64,000 nucleotides of DNA from an uncultured Holophaga sp. (GCA_963664825.1 OY761614.1:3040001-3104000); one strand, 5' to 3'. Positions 52,020 through 62,735 are shown, counted from the first letter of the stretch. The notes: generated from the sequence alone by a model not told the origin. Numbers and translations are program-made.

Positions 52020-53204
52020 ATGTCTTGCGATCCCGCTTCATGGGCTGTTATGGAGATTGAGTCCCCGCGTCTTCGCCTGCTTTACACGCTTTGCCTCGCC
52101 ACACTATTCCAGGTGAGTCTTGGCGCCCAGGTCCTCCTGTCCAATGAGCCAGGTCAATGGGTCCAGGGGCAATTTGCCCACCATGAATTCGACGCAAACG
52201 TGGTGACCGTCCTGGATGAGGAAAACAGGGTCGTGAAGGAGATCAAGCTTCCCTCTTGGGGAAACATGAAAGTTATATCAGAGGGCGGCACCCCCCTCCC
52301 TGCCTCTGGGCCCAGGTTCGGAAGCCCGTATTCATGGGAAGACTCCTGGCACATCGTGCGTTATTGCAGGAATCCCCAAGATCCGAAGCGAGTGCAGGTC
52401 GAGCTCCTGGCACAACAGCAGGGCGAGTGGCATCCAGAGGCGACCGTGACTCTCTCCGGGGGGGCTGAGGTGTTCCCCTTCGGTGCGACGCGCTATCTGC
52501 TCATTACCCGGACGCCGCTACCCCAAGGGGTCTCTGCCAAGTGGTCGCCCTTCCAGGTATTCCGGCGCAACGCTAAGGATCAGTTGGAATTCGATAGTGT
52601 ATTGGATCCTGAGATCCCGGGTACCCGCGAACAGGAACTGCGAATGGAATCCATCGCCTTCGTCCCCGTCCTGACCGATTCCCACTTGATCGTGATTTCG
52701 CCGCATCGGGGTCGGCTCTGGGCCTTCAATCTCGCCAAGGGCCGCCTGGAGCGAACCCGGGATCTCTTCACCCTGCCGCCCATCCGTGTTCGCAACGCCT
52801 TCGGTCCCTTGCCCACCTATCCCATCGTGCTCAACGCATTTCCCAATGCCGATGGTACGCTCACCCTGATGGGCCGGAGCGAACGTGCGGTTGAAGAGAC
52901 CGCAGCTGAAACGGAACGTCTCTTGTTCCAGGGACACATGACCTTCGAGGCGACAGCCAAGGATCAAAAGGCCTTGGCACATGCCCGATTCCAGCAGGAA
53001 GAGGATCGTGTCTTCGGCAACAATCCCATCCTGCAGTGGTGGACATTCGATCCCACTACCGGGCAGCTGAAACGCCTGGAGAGCGCCCCTGTGGGAGGCG
53101 TGGACATGCTGCACACCCAGAAGGAGATGGAGGCCTTTCGGGTCCGCCCCCTTCCTAACGGGGATCTGGTGCCCCTCCGACCGATGCTGGATGCAAAGCC
53201 CTGA
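52020..53204 (+). CDS. Exported hypothetical protein
   Basis: Long ORF with signal-like N-terminus; start may be 52050. Confidence 0.7.
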   Translation: MSCDPASWAVMEIESPRLRLLYTLCLATLFQVSLGAQVLLSNEPGQWVQGQFAHHEFDANVVTVLDEENRVVKEIKLPSWGNMKVISEGGTPLPASGPRFGSPYSWEDSWHIVRYCRNPQDPKRVQVELLAQQQGEWHPEATVTLSGGAEVFPFGATRYLLITRTPLPQGVSAKWSPFQVFRRNAKDQLEFDSVLDPEIPGTREQELRMESIAFVPVLTDSHLIVISPHRGRLWAFNLAKGRLERTRDLFTLPPIRVRNAFGPLPTYPIVLNAFPNADGTLTLMGRSERAVEETAAETERLLFQGHMTFEATAKDQKALAHARFQQEEDRVFGNNPILQWWTFDPTTGQLKRLESAPVGGVDMLHTQKEMEAFRVRPLPNGDLVPLRPMLDAKP

Positions 53205-53284
53205 AGTTTGTGGCTAAGGCTGTGTTTGGAGAATGGCACCTAAGCCGTTAGCCTGAGAACCTCTCATATCGTTCGGAGGAAGCA

Positions 53285-54310
53285 ATGCCTGTCGTCAACC
53301 CCGCCCAGTACGTCAAGATGTTGGAGAAGGCCAAACAGGAGAAGTTCGCCTACCCCGCCTTCAATGTCACCTCCACCGAGACCGCCAATGCCGTGCTGCT
53401 GGGCCTCAAGACCGCGGGCAGCGATGGCATCGTCCAGATCAGCACCGGCGGCGCCGAGTTCATGAGCGGCCTGGGGGTGAAGGACATGGCCAAGGGCGCC
53501 ATCGCCCTGGCCGACTACGTGCGCTACATGTCCCAGTACTACGATGTGAACGTGGCTCTCCATACGGACCACTGCCATCCCAAGTACCTCGAGGGCTTCG
53601 TGCTGCCCATCATTGCCGAGACCGAGCGCCGCCGCGCCGCGGGGCAACCCAATGTCTTCAACGCCCACATGTTCGATGGCTCCGAGTTGGCCCTGGCCGA
53701 AAATATCACCCGGTCCTCGGAACTGCTCCGGCGCTGCGCCGCCAGCGAGATCATCCTGGAAGTGGAAATCGGCGTCGTGGGTGGCGAAGAGGACGGTCAC
53801 GACACCAGCCATGTGGGCAAGGAAAAGCTCTACACCACCCCTGAGGACATGGTGGCCGTGCATAAGACCCTCGGTCCCCTGGGCCGCTACATGCTGGCGG
53901 CCACCTTCGGTAACGTCCATGGGGTCTACAAGCCGGGCAACGTGGTGCTCAAACCCACCATCCTGCGGGATGGCCAGGCCGCCATCGCCAAGGCCTGCGG
54001 CGGCGCCCAGTCCCTGCTGGTCTTCCACGGCGGTTCGGGCTCCAGCCTTGAGGAGATCCACGAGACTCTGGACTACGGCGTGGTGAAGATGAATATCGAC
54101 ACCGACACCCAGTATGCCTTCACCCGCGCCATCGCCGACCACATGTTCAAGAACTACGATGGTGTGCTCAAGGTGGATGGCGAAGTGGGCAACAAGAAGG
54201 TCTTCGACCCCCGCCCCTACATGAAGAAGGCCGAGCAGAGCATGGCCGATCGTGTCGTCCGCGCCTGCCAGGATCTGCGCTGCGCCGGCAAGGCCATGGG
54301 CAGGATCTGA
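53285..54310 (+). CDS. fbaA: Class II fructose-bisphosphate aldolase
   Basis: LHTDHC, HMFDGS, GGEEDG, FGNVHGVYKPG, VFHGGSG, KMNIDTD. Confidence 0.96.
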   Translation: MPVVNPAQYVKMLEKAKQEKFAYPAFNVTSTETANAVLLGLKTAGSDGIVQISTGGAEFMSGLGVKDMAKGAIALADYVRYMSQYYDVNVALHTDHCHPKYLEGFVLPIIAETERRRAAGQPNVFNAHMFDGSELALAENITRSSELLRRCAASEIILEVEIGVVGGEEDGHDTSHVGKEKLYTTPEDMVAVHKTLGPLGRYMLAATFGNVHGVYKPGNVVLKPTILRDGQAAIAKACGGAQSLLVFHGGSGSSLEEIHETLDYGVVKMNIDTDTQYAFTRAIADHMFKNYDGVLKVDGEVGNKKVFDPRPYMKKAEQSMADRVVRACQDLRCAGKAMGRI

Positions 54311-54330
54311 CAGGATCTGTCCTAGATGAA

Positions 54331-54391
54331 ATGCACCAGGAGAGTCGGGGCGCTTTGTGGCGCCCTTACTCTCCTGGTGCATCTGCTTTTT
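54331..54391 (+). terminator. Long hairpin terminator after fbaA
   Basis: atgcaccaggagagt...actctcctggtgcat followed by a T-rich tail. Confidence 0.7.
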
Positions 54392-54415
54392 GAATTCGAA
54401 ACCGCTTCAGCTATT

Positions 54416-54823
54416 TCAACGCTCCAGGAGGATGCCGGGCTCCGGGGACTCGGGCTTGTAGTAGGCCAAGTGGCCCGGAATGCAGGATAGGATCGCTCCA
54501 TATTCGTGCATGCAGATTAGGTTGAGGGCCTCCCGCAGGGGCAGTTCCCGGCCATCAGCCTTCAGGCCGTCCACCATCACGTGGCAGGTGGGACCGGCCC
54601 CCTTGGTCCTGAGGAGCTTCTCCAATTCGTCGGGGAAATCCTGATCACCGGGTATTTCCAGGGCGAATTCAGGCATGTAGGGCAGCGTCTGGCTCATGCG
54701 CTCGAGCTGCTCTTTACGCTTCCTGGGGGCGGTGAGGGCTTGGATGAACCTCGCCCGTTTCTCGGAGAGGATGAAGGCCTTGGTGAACGCTGCTTCGTGA
54801 TCCATGAGGGGAGGTGACTCCAA
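54416..54823 (-). CDS. Hypothetical protein
   Basis: Plausible globular ORF directly downstream of the kinase. Confidence 0.65.
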   Translation of the reverse strand: MESPPLMDHEAAFTKAFILSEKRARFIQALTAPRKRKEQLERMSQTLPYMPEFALEIPGDQDFPDELEKLLRTKGAGPTCHVMVDGLKADGRELPLREALNLICMHEYGAILSCIPGHLAYYKPESPEPGILLER

Positions 54824-54855
54824 AGGGCCACCGGGGGAGTGGAACCAGATGCAGT

Positions 54856-57531
54856 CTAACCGGCGCTGGCTTTCGAAAGCACGGCGGTGATCACGGCGCG
54901 CAGTTCCTTGAGGGAGTAGGGTTTCTGGATGAAGCCCGCCAGGCCCTGGCCCAGGAAACCCTGGGCGGATTCCTGTTCGTTGTAGCCGCTGGAGAGGATC
55001 ACGGGCAGATCCGGGCGGATCTGTCGCAGGGCCTGGAAGGTTTCCCGGCCGTCCATGCGGGGCATGGTCAGGTCCAGGAGCACGAGGCGGATCTCACTGC
55101 TGTGTGCCCGGAAGATTTCCAGCCCCTCCACGCCATCCCGGGCAGAGAGGACGGTGAAACCCATGTGCCTCAGGGCCGCGGCTGCGGTCTCCAGGATGAC
55201 GGGTTCGTCATCAACCACCAGGACCAGCCCCTGGAGGAGGGTCTCCCGCTCCGGTTGGGGGCCCGCGTCCTGGGCAAGGGGCGTTTCGGAGGCGGGGAAG
55301 AAGAGCTGGAAGGTGGTCCCCCGCCCAGGTTCGCTGTAGATCTTGATGCCTGCGTGATGACCCCTCAGAATGCCGAGCATGGCCGAGAGTCCGAGGCCGC
55401 GGCCGACGGCCTTCGTGGAAAAAAAGGGATCGAAGATGCGGCCCTGGATCTCCGGGCTCATGCCACAGCCGCTATCGCTCACCTCCAGGAAGACATAGGG
55501 GCCCGGATTCAGGGTCTGGTTGGGGAAGGTGGAAGCGATGTAGGCCTCGTCGAGTCGCAGGAAGCCGGTGCGGATGCCAATGCTGCCATCGGTATCCCCG
55601 ATGGCATCGGAGGCATTGGTCACCAGGTTCATGACCACCTGCTGGATCTGGGCGGCGTCGGCCTCCAGGGCCGGGAGCATGGGCTCCAGTTCGTAGCGCA
55701 GGGTGATGCGCTTGGAGATGCTCACCTGCAGGAGATGGGTCATCCCCTGCACCAGATGGTTCAGGTCGTGAAGCTTGACCACGAAGCGCCCCTTGCCGGA
55801 ATAGGCCAGCATCTGCTTGGTCAGTTCCGAGGCCTTGAGGACGGTCTTCTCCATGTTCGCAAGGTAGGGCTGGGCCGGAGATTCGGGGCTGAGCTGCATC
55901 TGTGCCAGGTTGACATTGCCGAGGACGGCGGTGAGCAGGTTATTGAAGTCGTGGGCGATGCCTCCCGCCAGGACCCCCAGGCTCTCCAACTTCTGGGCCT
56001 GGAGCAGGGCTTCCTCTGCATTCTTCTTCTGGGTGATATCCCGGGAGAAACCCACCAGGCGGCACATCTTCCCGCCTGCATCCCGTAGGGGCACCAGGAG
56101 GGTTTGGAACCAGCGGGGCGGGCCCCCCATTGGATAGCTCTCTTCATAGGAGATGGAACGACCCTGACCCAGGCATCCCCGGTATCTGGTCGACAAGGTT
56201 TCCGCCAGATCGGGGGGAAGGATGTCCTCGAGGCGCCGACCCGCCAGGGCGGAGGCTGCGATGCCCAGGAGGGCCACTTGGGCCGGGTTCGCCGATTCCA
56301 GAATGAATCCGCCGTCCTTCTCCTGACGGACCCAAAAGACACTGTCGGGCGTGTTGAGGAAGAGTTCCTGGTAGCGCCGCTCGCTTTCCCGGATGCGGTC
56401 TTCGCTGCGTTTCCGCTTCGAGATATCCGTGATGAAGCCCTCCAGGGCTTCCAATTCTCCCGACGGGGAGAAGATGCCGCAGCCCTGCTCCCACACCCAT
56501 TTCACTTTCCCTGAGGCGGTGATGATGGGGTACTCCATCTGCACTGACTTGTGCATGGCGAGGCGGCTCTGCCAGGTCTTCCACACCCGTCCCCTGTGGG
56601 CGGGATCGATGAGCTCGGCGAAGGTGATGCGGCGATTCTTCAGGAGATCCTCTGGAACATAGCCCGTGAGCTCCAGGCAACCCTCGCTGACGAATTCCAT
56701 GGTCCAGTCCCGGTCGCTCCGACAGCGGTACGCCATGCCCGGCAGATTGCCCATGAGGGTGGAGAGCCGACGTTCGCTCTCCTGCAGTTCCTGCTCCGCC
56801 CGCTTCCGCTGGGTGATGTCCCTCACAACGGTGAAGCTGGTCTCCGAGGGGCCCGGCGCGATGCGGGCTTCGAAACAGTGGGATCCATCAGCCAGGGGCA
56901 GCTCGTATTCGAGGTATTGGAGTTCGCCGGTGGCAAAGGTCTTTTCCGTGGTCTGGGTGACACTCGTAGCCAGGACGGGAGGGAGGACTTCTTCCCACTT
57001 CTTACCCAGGAGGGCCTCCGGGGGCAGGAGGAGCTGGGCCGGATCCCCCGCATGGCAGGCCAGGTACGTTCCATCCCGGGCATTCTGGAAGAGAATATCG
57101 GGGATGGCTGATATCAGCGCCACGTGGCGGGCGTCGCTCGCCCGCATGGCCCGTTCCCTTTGTCGGCGCGCGGTGATGTCGTGGAAGAAGCTCAGGTAGC
57201 GCCCATCGGGGAGGCGCATGGACTTCATTTCGAGGGGCAAGCGCGAGCCGTCCCGGCGCAGGAATTCCCGTTCCCGGGAGATGACCTGGCCCTGGTCCAG
57301 CAGATCGAAGCGGGTGGGCTCGCGGGTCAGGACCTCGGAGGAGAAAATGTTGAGACCGGAGCGGCCGAGGAGTTCCTCCCGGGTGTAACCCGTGAATTCG
57401 CAGGCCCGGCTATTGGCCTCCAGAATCCGTCTATCAGGGCCCAACAGGAGGATTCCATCCGGGCAATATTCCAGGAGAAAATAATAGTCCTCAGGGGCCG
57501 GGCGAGCAGATTGGGGCTTCGATTCCGCCAT
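54856..57531 (-). CDS. Multi-PAS hybrid histidine kinase (PAS x4-HisKA-HATPase-REC)
   Basis: GGIAHDFNN, FFSTK..GRGLGL, C-terminal REC; start refined to MAESKPQ at 57531. Confidence 0.9.
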   Translation of the reverse strand: MAESKPQSARPAPEDYYFLLEYCPDGILLLGPDRRILEANSRACEFTGYTREELLGRSGLNIFSSEVLTREPTRFDLLDQGQVISREREFLRRDGSRLPLEMKSMRLPDGRYLSFFHDITARRQRERAMRASDARHVALISAIPDILFQNARDGTYLACHAGDPAQLLLPPEALLGKKWEEVLPPVLATSVTQTTEKTFATGELQYLEYELPLADGSHCFEARIAPGPSETSFTVVRDITQRKRAEQELQESERRLSTLMGNLPGMAYRCRSDRDWTMEFVSEGCLELTGYVPEDLLKNRRITFAELIDPAHRGRVWKTWQSRLAMHKSVQMEYPIITASGKVKWVWEQGCGIFSPSGELEALEGFITDISKRKRSEDRIRESERRYQELFLNTPDSVFWVRQEKDGGFILESANPAQVALLGIAASALAGRRLEDILPPDLAETLSTRYRGCLGQGRSISYEESYPMGGPPRWFQTLLVPLRDAGGKMCRLVGFSRDITQKKNAEEALLQAQKLESLGVLAGGIAHDFNNLLTAVLGNVNLAQMQLSPESPAQPYLANMEKTVLKASELTKQMLAYSGKGRFVVKLHDLNHLVQGMTHLLQVSISKRITLRYELEPMLPALEADAAQIQQVVMNLVTNASDAIGDTDGSIGIRTGFLRLDEAYIASTFPNQTLNPGPYVFLEVSDSGCGMSPEIQGRIFDPFFSTKAVGRGLGLSAMLGILRGHHAGIKIYSEPGRGTTFQLFFPASETPLAQDAGPQPERETLLQGLVLVVDDEPVILETAAAALRHMGFTVLSARDGVEGLEIFRAHSSEIRLVLLDLTMPRMDGRETFQALRQIRPDLPVILSSGYNEQESAQGFLGQGLAGFIQKPYSLKELRAVITAVLSKASAG

Positions 57532-57631
57532 GGATGGGACTCCGGGGAAAGAGAAAAGGCCTCTTGATAAATCCTTTCGGCTTTTCCCCGTCTGGAGAAT
57601 AGTCCTGAGTTTAAAATTTTTGACCGCCGAT

Positions 57632-58435
57632 TCAACCCTTGGGTACGACGATGACGCGAAGGCCGAGGCTATCCCCCACCCGGGATTCCGTGCGGAAAGG
57701 CATCCGGGCGGCGGAGCGGGCATCGGAAGCTCCGAAGGCCCATGAACCGCTGCGGATGACCCGCTGGGCCCCGTCCCCTCCCGCGGTCCAGGCATGACCA
57801 TCGGTTGGGGCGCCCTGGTAGGTGTCATGCCAGGTGTCCTCGCACCATTCCCAGACATTGCCGTGCATATCGAACAAGCCCCAGGCGTTGGCCTGTTTCT
57901 TCCCCACGGCCTGGGGGGCGCCGCCGGCGTTGGCATCGAACCAGGCCGCATCCCCCAGATGGGATTCGTCATCCCCGAAAGCGTTCCCGGCGCGGCAGGC
58001 ATATTCCCACTCGGCTTCGCTGGGCAGGCGGTATTCGTTGAGGCCCTGTTCCAGTTCATTGAGACGGGCCACGAAGGCCTTGGCCTCCGTCCAGTTGACG
58101 AATTCGACCGGGTGATCGTCCCCGGGGAACTTGGAGGGATTCCTGCCCATGGCCGCCTTCCATTGGGCCTGGGTGACTTCATGGATGCCCATGAAGAAGG
58201 GCTTGCCGATCGTCACCTTGTGGACGGGGCGTTCGGAGGCCTCCCCCTTGGGTTCCGGCGTGCCCATCTGGAAACTGCCCGCCGGGATGCGCGCGAAGCT
58301 CATGCCGAGGCTATTGACGAAGGCAGGCGCCCCGAGATCGGCTCTCGGGGCGGGCTTGCTCGGTGTCTGGGCCATTAGGATGGGGGCCATCAAGACCGGG
58401 GTCATGAGAGCGGGGAACATCCGATGGAAGCGCAT
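57632..58435 (-). CDS. Formylglycine-generating enzyme (SUMF1/FGE-sulfatase) family protein
   Basis: RLPSEAEWEYACRAG, NAWGLFDMHGNVWEWC; signal peptide. Confidence 0.92.
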   Translation of the reverse strand: MRFHRMFPALMTPVLMAPILMAQTPSKPAPRADLGAPAFVNSLGMSFARIPAGSFQMGTPEPKGEASERPVHKVTIGKPFFMGIHEVTQAQWKAAMGRNPSKFPGDDHPVEFVNWTEAKAFVARLNELEQGLNEYRLPSEAEWEYACRAGNAFGDDESHLGDAAWFDANAGGAPQAVGKKQANAWGLFDMHGNVWEWCEDTWHDTYQGAPTDGHAWTAGGDGAQRVIRSGSWAFGASDARSAARMPFRTESRVGDSLGLRVIVVPKG

Positions 58436-58576
58436 GGCTCCTCCTGAAGAAATACGGCCTGCAAGTGTGCATCAAGGATCCAGGTATGCAGAGGAGAGAA
58501 TCATGACTACACTACGATGAGTTATGGTTCTTCACCAGATTTCAAGTTCTTTCTCTTTTTTTCGATACAGGATTCA

Positions 58577-59533
58577 ATGGAGGTCCCCTTGCGACGCATT
58601 GCCCTTTGTCTGACCCTTGGCCTCGCTGGCCTTCAATCGGCGGTCCTGCCGCTCGCAGCCCAAATGGCCCCCCAGACCGACGGCTACGTTGCGGTGGGTT
58701 CTCTGAACATGGAATCCACCTTCCTGCTTTGGGTGGATGCCTACAAGGCCAAGCGCCCCTCCTTCCGGATCGAGCTGCAGCCTGCGGTGGCCTCGATCGT
58801 GGTGAAGAGCCTGCTGGAGGGCAAGGCCCATCTGGCGCCCATGAACCGTGAAATGAATGCCGAGGAAGTGGCTGCCTGCACGGCCAAATGGGGCTACGCC
58901 CCCACCCGCATCGCGGTGGCCATGGATGCCCTCGTGGTGATCGTCAATAAGAGCAACCCCCTCAAGGAGATCAAGATCGAGCAGCTGGACGCGATGTACA
59001 GCAGCACGCGCCTCCAGGGTTGGCCCAAGAATATCGCCACCTGGGGAGACCTGGGTATCAGCGGCGGAAATTGGGCCGCCCGTCCCATCCTGCGCCTCGG
59101 GCGCCCCGATGGCTCTGGCCTCAGGGCCTTCTTCCGGGAGTCCGTCGAAATGGGGGGCAAGGCCAAGGAGGACAATAAACGCGGCGTCGACGCTATGTCG
59201 ATGGTGGAGGAAATCATCTCCAACCAGGCCGCCATCGGCTATGGAGGGCTGGGGGAAGTGTTCGCCAGCACTCGGGCCGTTTCCATCATCCCCAAGGGCG
59301 GCAAGACGGCCGTAGAACCCACACCTGCCGCCGTGGTGGATGGCTCCTATCCCCTCTCGATGGTCCTCTACATCTATGTGAACAAGGCTCCCGGCAAGAA
59401 CCTGGACCCGGGTTTGGCGGATTTCCTGCGCTTCATCCTTTCCAAGGACGGCCAGAAACAGGTGAAGGCCAATGGGCTGGTGCCCCTGCCGGATGACCTC
59501 ATCGCCATGAATTTGCGGCGCATCGGGAAGTAG
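58577..59533 (+). CDS. PstS-family phosphate-binding periplasmic protein
   Basis: VAMDALVVIVNKSNP, TWGDLG, GR..GSG, YPLS..LYIYVNK, LSKDGQ. Confidence 0.85.
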   Translation: MEVPLRRIALCLTLGLAGLQSAVLPLAAQMAPQTDGYVAVGSLNMESTFLLWVDAYKAKRPSFRIELQPAVASIVVKSLLEGKAHLAPMNREMNAEEVAACTAKWGYAPTRIAVAMDALVVIVNKSNPLKEIKIEQLDAMYSSTRLQGWPKNIATWGDLGISGGNWAARPILRLGRPDGSGLRAFFRESVEMGGKAKEDNKRGVDAMSMVEEIISNQAAIGYGGLGEVFASTRAVSIIPKGGKTAVEPTPAAVVDGSYPLSMVLYIYVNKAPGKNLDPGLADFLRFILSKDGQKQVKANGLVPLPDDLIAMNLRRIGK

Positions 59534-59682
59534 CCTCTTCCATGCTTTTCGCCCCCGGATGCTTCTGGAAGCCCAGAGCATCGGGGGTGAATTTGCATAG
59601 GGCACGCTTCTCAGGCCGCGCCGGTGTGATCGACGGCGCCAATTTCCTGCCGCCGGAGGCCTGTAGCCGTTAGCCTAGGGGC

Positions 59683-60546
59683 ATGGCCTTGCGAAACTGG
59701 AAGTTTCTCGTGGAAGTCCCGGACGCGCCCCTGCGCCTGGATCAGCTCGTCTCCCAGCGGACGGGCCTCAGTCGCCGCGGGGCCCGAGAGGCGTTGAAGT
59801 TGGGCGGTGTCCAGGTGGATCATAAGCGCGTGCGGGTCGCCAGTCGCATGGTGCCCGTGGGCGCGGAGATCCGCGTGGCCGTGGACGATTCCCTGGGCCA
59901 GCCTCCCGAATTGGAACTGGCTGTCGTCTTCGAGGACGAATGGCTGCTGGTCATCAATAAGCCCGCGGGCATCCCCACCCAGGGCACCCAGGCTTCCGAC
60001 AAGCACGATCTGATGGCGCTCCTGGCCCGCCAGCGGCCCGACCAGAAGCTGATCCTCTGCCATCGCCTGGACCAGGGCACCAGCGGCGTATTGGTGCTGG
60101 CCAAGGCCAAGGCCGCCGATCTGGGACGGACCTTCCAGGAACGCAGCCTGCGGAAGCTCTACCTGGCGCGGGTTTCGAAGCCCATCGAGGCCTGTGAGGT
60201 GGACCGCCCCATTGGGCGCCTGCGTTTGGCGAGCCCGGCTCGCTTCGCTTGCGAAGGGGATCTGCTGGAGCCCAAGGCATCCCAGACCCGCTTCCGGCCC
60301 GCCACGGCCGAGGAATGCGAGGGCCTCGCGCCGGGTCACTGGGTGGTCTGCGAGCCCCGCACGGGCCGAACGCACCAGATCCGTGTCCATCTGGCCTTCC
60401 TCGGCGCCCCGGTGATGGGGGACGGCCTCTATGGGGGCGAGGCGGATAGCCAGCTCTGGCTCCACGCCTGGAAGCTCTTCTTGACGCACCCCGTCACGGG
60501 AGCCGCACTGGAACTGGTGGCGGATCCCGCGCGCTTCAGGGGTTGA
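59683..60546 (+). CDS. RluA-family pseudouridine synthase with S4 domain
   Basis: INKPAG, HRLDQGTSG, TGRTHQIRVH, GDGLYG, LHA. Confidence 0.93.
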   Translation: MALRNWKFLVEVPDAPLRLDQLVSQRTGLSRRGAREALKLGGVQVDHKRVRVASRMVPVGAEIRVAVDDSLGQPPELELAVVFEDEWLLVINKPAGIPTQGTQASDKHDLMALLARQRPDQKLILCHRLDQGTSGVLVLAKAKAADLGRTFQERSLRKLYLARVSKPIEACEVDRPIGRLRLASPARFACEGDLLEPKASQTRFRPATAEECEGLAPGHWVVCEPRTGRTHQIRVHLAFLGAPVMGDGLYGGEADSQLWLHAWKLFLTHPVTGAALELVADPARFRG

Positions 60547-60604
60547 GCTCCTGCCGAGGAACCTCTGGGACTCCGCTGTCATGTGAAGTTCAAGGAGCTC
60601 TTAA

Positions 60605-62710
60605 ATGAAACATCTCGTTGTCCTGGGCCTGGCCCTGACCACGCTGGCGGCCCAGGGCCCCGATCCCGCCAAACCGCGGCCCGCAGAGAGTTTCCGGGCC
60701 CATCGGGTCCAGGGTTCGGTGTCTCCGGCCCTGGAAGGCATGCGCCTCTCTTTCACGAAGCAGGTGCAGGACGACGACGCCGATATCCGCGTGGACGTGG
60801 ATCGGGGCCGCTTCAGCGCGGTTCTCCCGCCGGGCGCCTATTCCGTGCGAGCCCTTGCGAAAGACCGCGCCTTTCCAGGAATCCCCCTGACCGTCCACAA
60901 GGACATGTCGGACGTCGCGCTGGAGTTCAGGCCCGATGTCTCCGCGGCCCCAGGCGAAGTCCAGGATTGGATCAGGAGCCACGCCATCCCCCTCCGTTCG
61001 GTGGTGGCGGGTAGCGGCTTCACGGATCTCCAGCCCCTCAAGGCGTTGGTGGGGAATGCCACGGTGGTGGGGCTTGGGGAAGCCACCCACGGCACGAAGG
61101 AATTCTTCCAGCTCAAACACCGCATGCTGGAATTCCTCGTGGAGGAGATGGGCTTTCGCGTATTCGCCATCGAGGCCAGCCTGCCCGAGGCCCACGCCGT
61201 GGACGAATACATTCGCACCGGCCAGGGCGACCCCGCCAAGACCCTCAAGGGCCTCTACTTCTGGACCTGGAACACGCGGGAAGTCCTCGACCAGATCCTG
61301 TGGATGCGGAAGTACAACGCTGACCCTGGGCACCCGAAGAAGCTGCGCTTCTACGGGGTGGACATGCAGGAACATCGGGTGGCCCTGGCCCAGGCCAAGG
61401 CCTGGCTGGAGAAGGAGGACTCGGAGGAGGCGCGTCAACTGGATGCGATCGGGAAGCGCATCGTCATGCGGATGGAGAAGGGCGAGAGCCGATCCTTCTC
61501 GAAGAGCCTCAGACAGGGGATCACAGTGGCGGCAGGCTTCAGCGTGCCCGTGAGCGCGGACTGGGAGGGCATCATCCGGGATCTCGAAGCGCTCGCGCTG
61601 CGTCTGGACGCGCGAAAAGCCATCCTGGCTGCGGGTGATCAGGCCCCCATCTTTGAACGACAGCGCCAGAACCTGCGGATACTGGCCCAGTGCGCGCGGA
61701 TGGAGGCCGACCCTCAGCATTCCTTCACTGTCCGGGACGAAGCCATGGCCGCCAATCTCTGTTGGATCCAGGCGCAGGAGCCGGGGGAGAAAATCGTCCT
61801 CTGGGCCCACAATGGCCATATCGGTGCCGACTCGCGGCTCCGCACCATGGGGTGGCACCTGCGCCAGGCATTGAAGGACGCCTATCTCCCCATCGGTTTT
61901 GCCTTTCGTGAAGGTGGCTTCCAGGCCCAGAACACCGATCCTATGCAGGCCGGCCTGAAAGTGTTCAACGTGACGCCTTCCGCGGAGGCCAGTCTGGATG
62001 CGGCCTTGGCTTCCTCGGGTCATCCCGTGATGGCCTTGGATCTGCGGAATCTGCCCACGGGGCCCGTGCGGGAATGGTTCGAGGCACCTCAAGGAGTGCT
62101 GGAGTGTGGTGCCGTGTTCCATGTGCCTGTCGACCCCCATATGTACGTTCCCAGGCTCTCCGTTGCCTCGCGCTTCGGGGCGCTCCTCTTCGTCAACCGC
62201 ACCACGACTGCGATGCCCGTGCCCGAGACGATTCCCACCCAGCCGCCCACCAACCTCGGGTTCGAGGAAGGCGACGTGGGCAAGGCGCCTCAAGGGTGGT
62301 CCTTGGGAGGTGGCCAGGGATTCGTGGCTCAGATCGTGAAGGAAGGCGCCAAGGAGGGGACGCGCTGCCTCCGTGTAGCCTTCCAGGGCGACCCCAAGGC
62401 CTTCATTCCCTACAGTGCGATGCAGCACCTGGACGCCAAGCCCTACCGGGGCAGGAGGCTCCGCATCACGGCCTGGATCCGCGCCGAGGGTGAAAAGAAC
62501 TTCCGCGCCAGCCTCAGTGTGCAGGTGAACCGTGACAGGGGGCGGGGTTTCCGCGACGACATACGCGGGCGCCAGAAGATCGGCAAGGCCTGGGCGCAGG
62601 CTACGACCGAATTCCTCGTAGCCGAGGATGCCACGGCGCTCACCGTTTCCTGCTTCGTCCTCGGGGCGGGCATGGCCTGGTTCGATGACATCCAGATCGA
62701 GGCGCTCTGA
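60605..62710 (+). CDS. Exported erythromycin-esterase-family protein with C-terminal beta-sandwich domain
   Basis: GLGEATHG, FAIE, RD.AMA.N, WAHNGH; C-terminal NLGFE...WFDDI. Confidence 0.88.
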   Translation: MKHLVVLGLALTTLAAQGPDPAKPRPAESFRAHRVQGSVSPALEGMRLSFTKQVQDDDADIRVDVDRGRFSAVLPPGAYSVRALAKDRAFPGIPLTVHKDMSDVALEFRPDVSAAPGEVQDWIRSHAIPLRSVVAGSGFTDLQPLKALVGNATVVGLGEATHGTKEFFQLKHRMLEFLVEEMGFRVFAIEASLPEAHAVDEYIRTGQGDPAKTLKGLYFWTWNTREVLDQILWMRKYNADPGHPKKLRFYGVDMQEHRVALAQAKAWLEKEDSEEARQLDAIGKRIVMRMEKGESRSFSKSLRQGITVAAGFSVPVSADWEGIIRDLEALALRLDARKAILAAGDQAPIFERQRQNLRILAQCARMEADPQHSFTVRDEAMAANLCWIQAQEPGEKIVLWAHNGHIGADSRLRTMGWHLRQALKDAYLPIGFAFREGGFQAQNTDPMQAGLKVFNVTPSAEASLDAALASSGHPVMALDLRNLPTGPVREWFEAPQGVLECGAVFHVPVDPHMYVPRLSVASRFGALLFVNRTTTAMPVPETIPTQPPTNLGFEEGDVGKAPQGWSLGGGQGFVAQIVKEGAKEGTRCLRVAFQGDPKAFIPYSAMQHLDAKPYRGRRLRITAWIRAEGEKNFRASLSVQVNRDRGRGFRDDIRGRQKIGKAWAQATTEFLVAEDATALTVSCFVLGAGMAWFDDIQIEAL

Positions 62711-62735
62711 GCTGTCCTCCGCTTACACTGTTGGG

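Noticed and set aside
57532..58182. N-terminal extension of the 1108-aa kinase ORF
   Set aside because: Overlaps the FGE-family gene in another frame; low-complexity read-through
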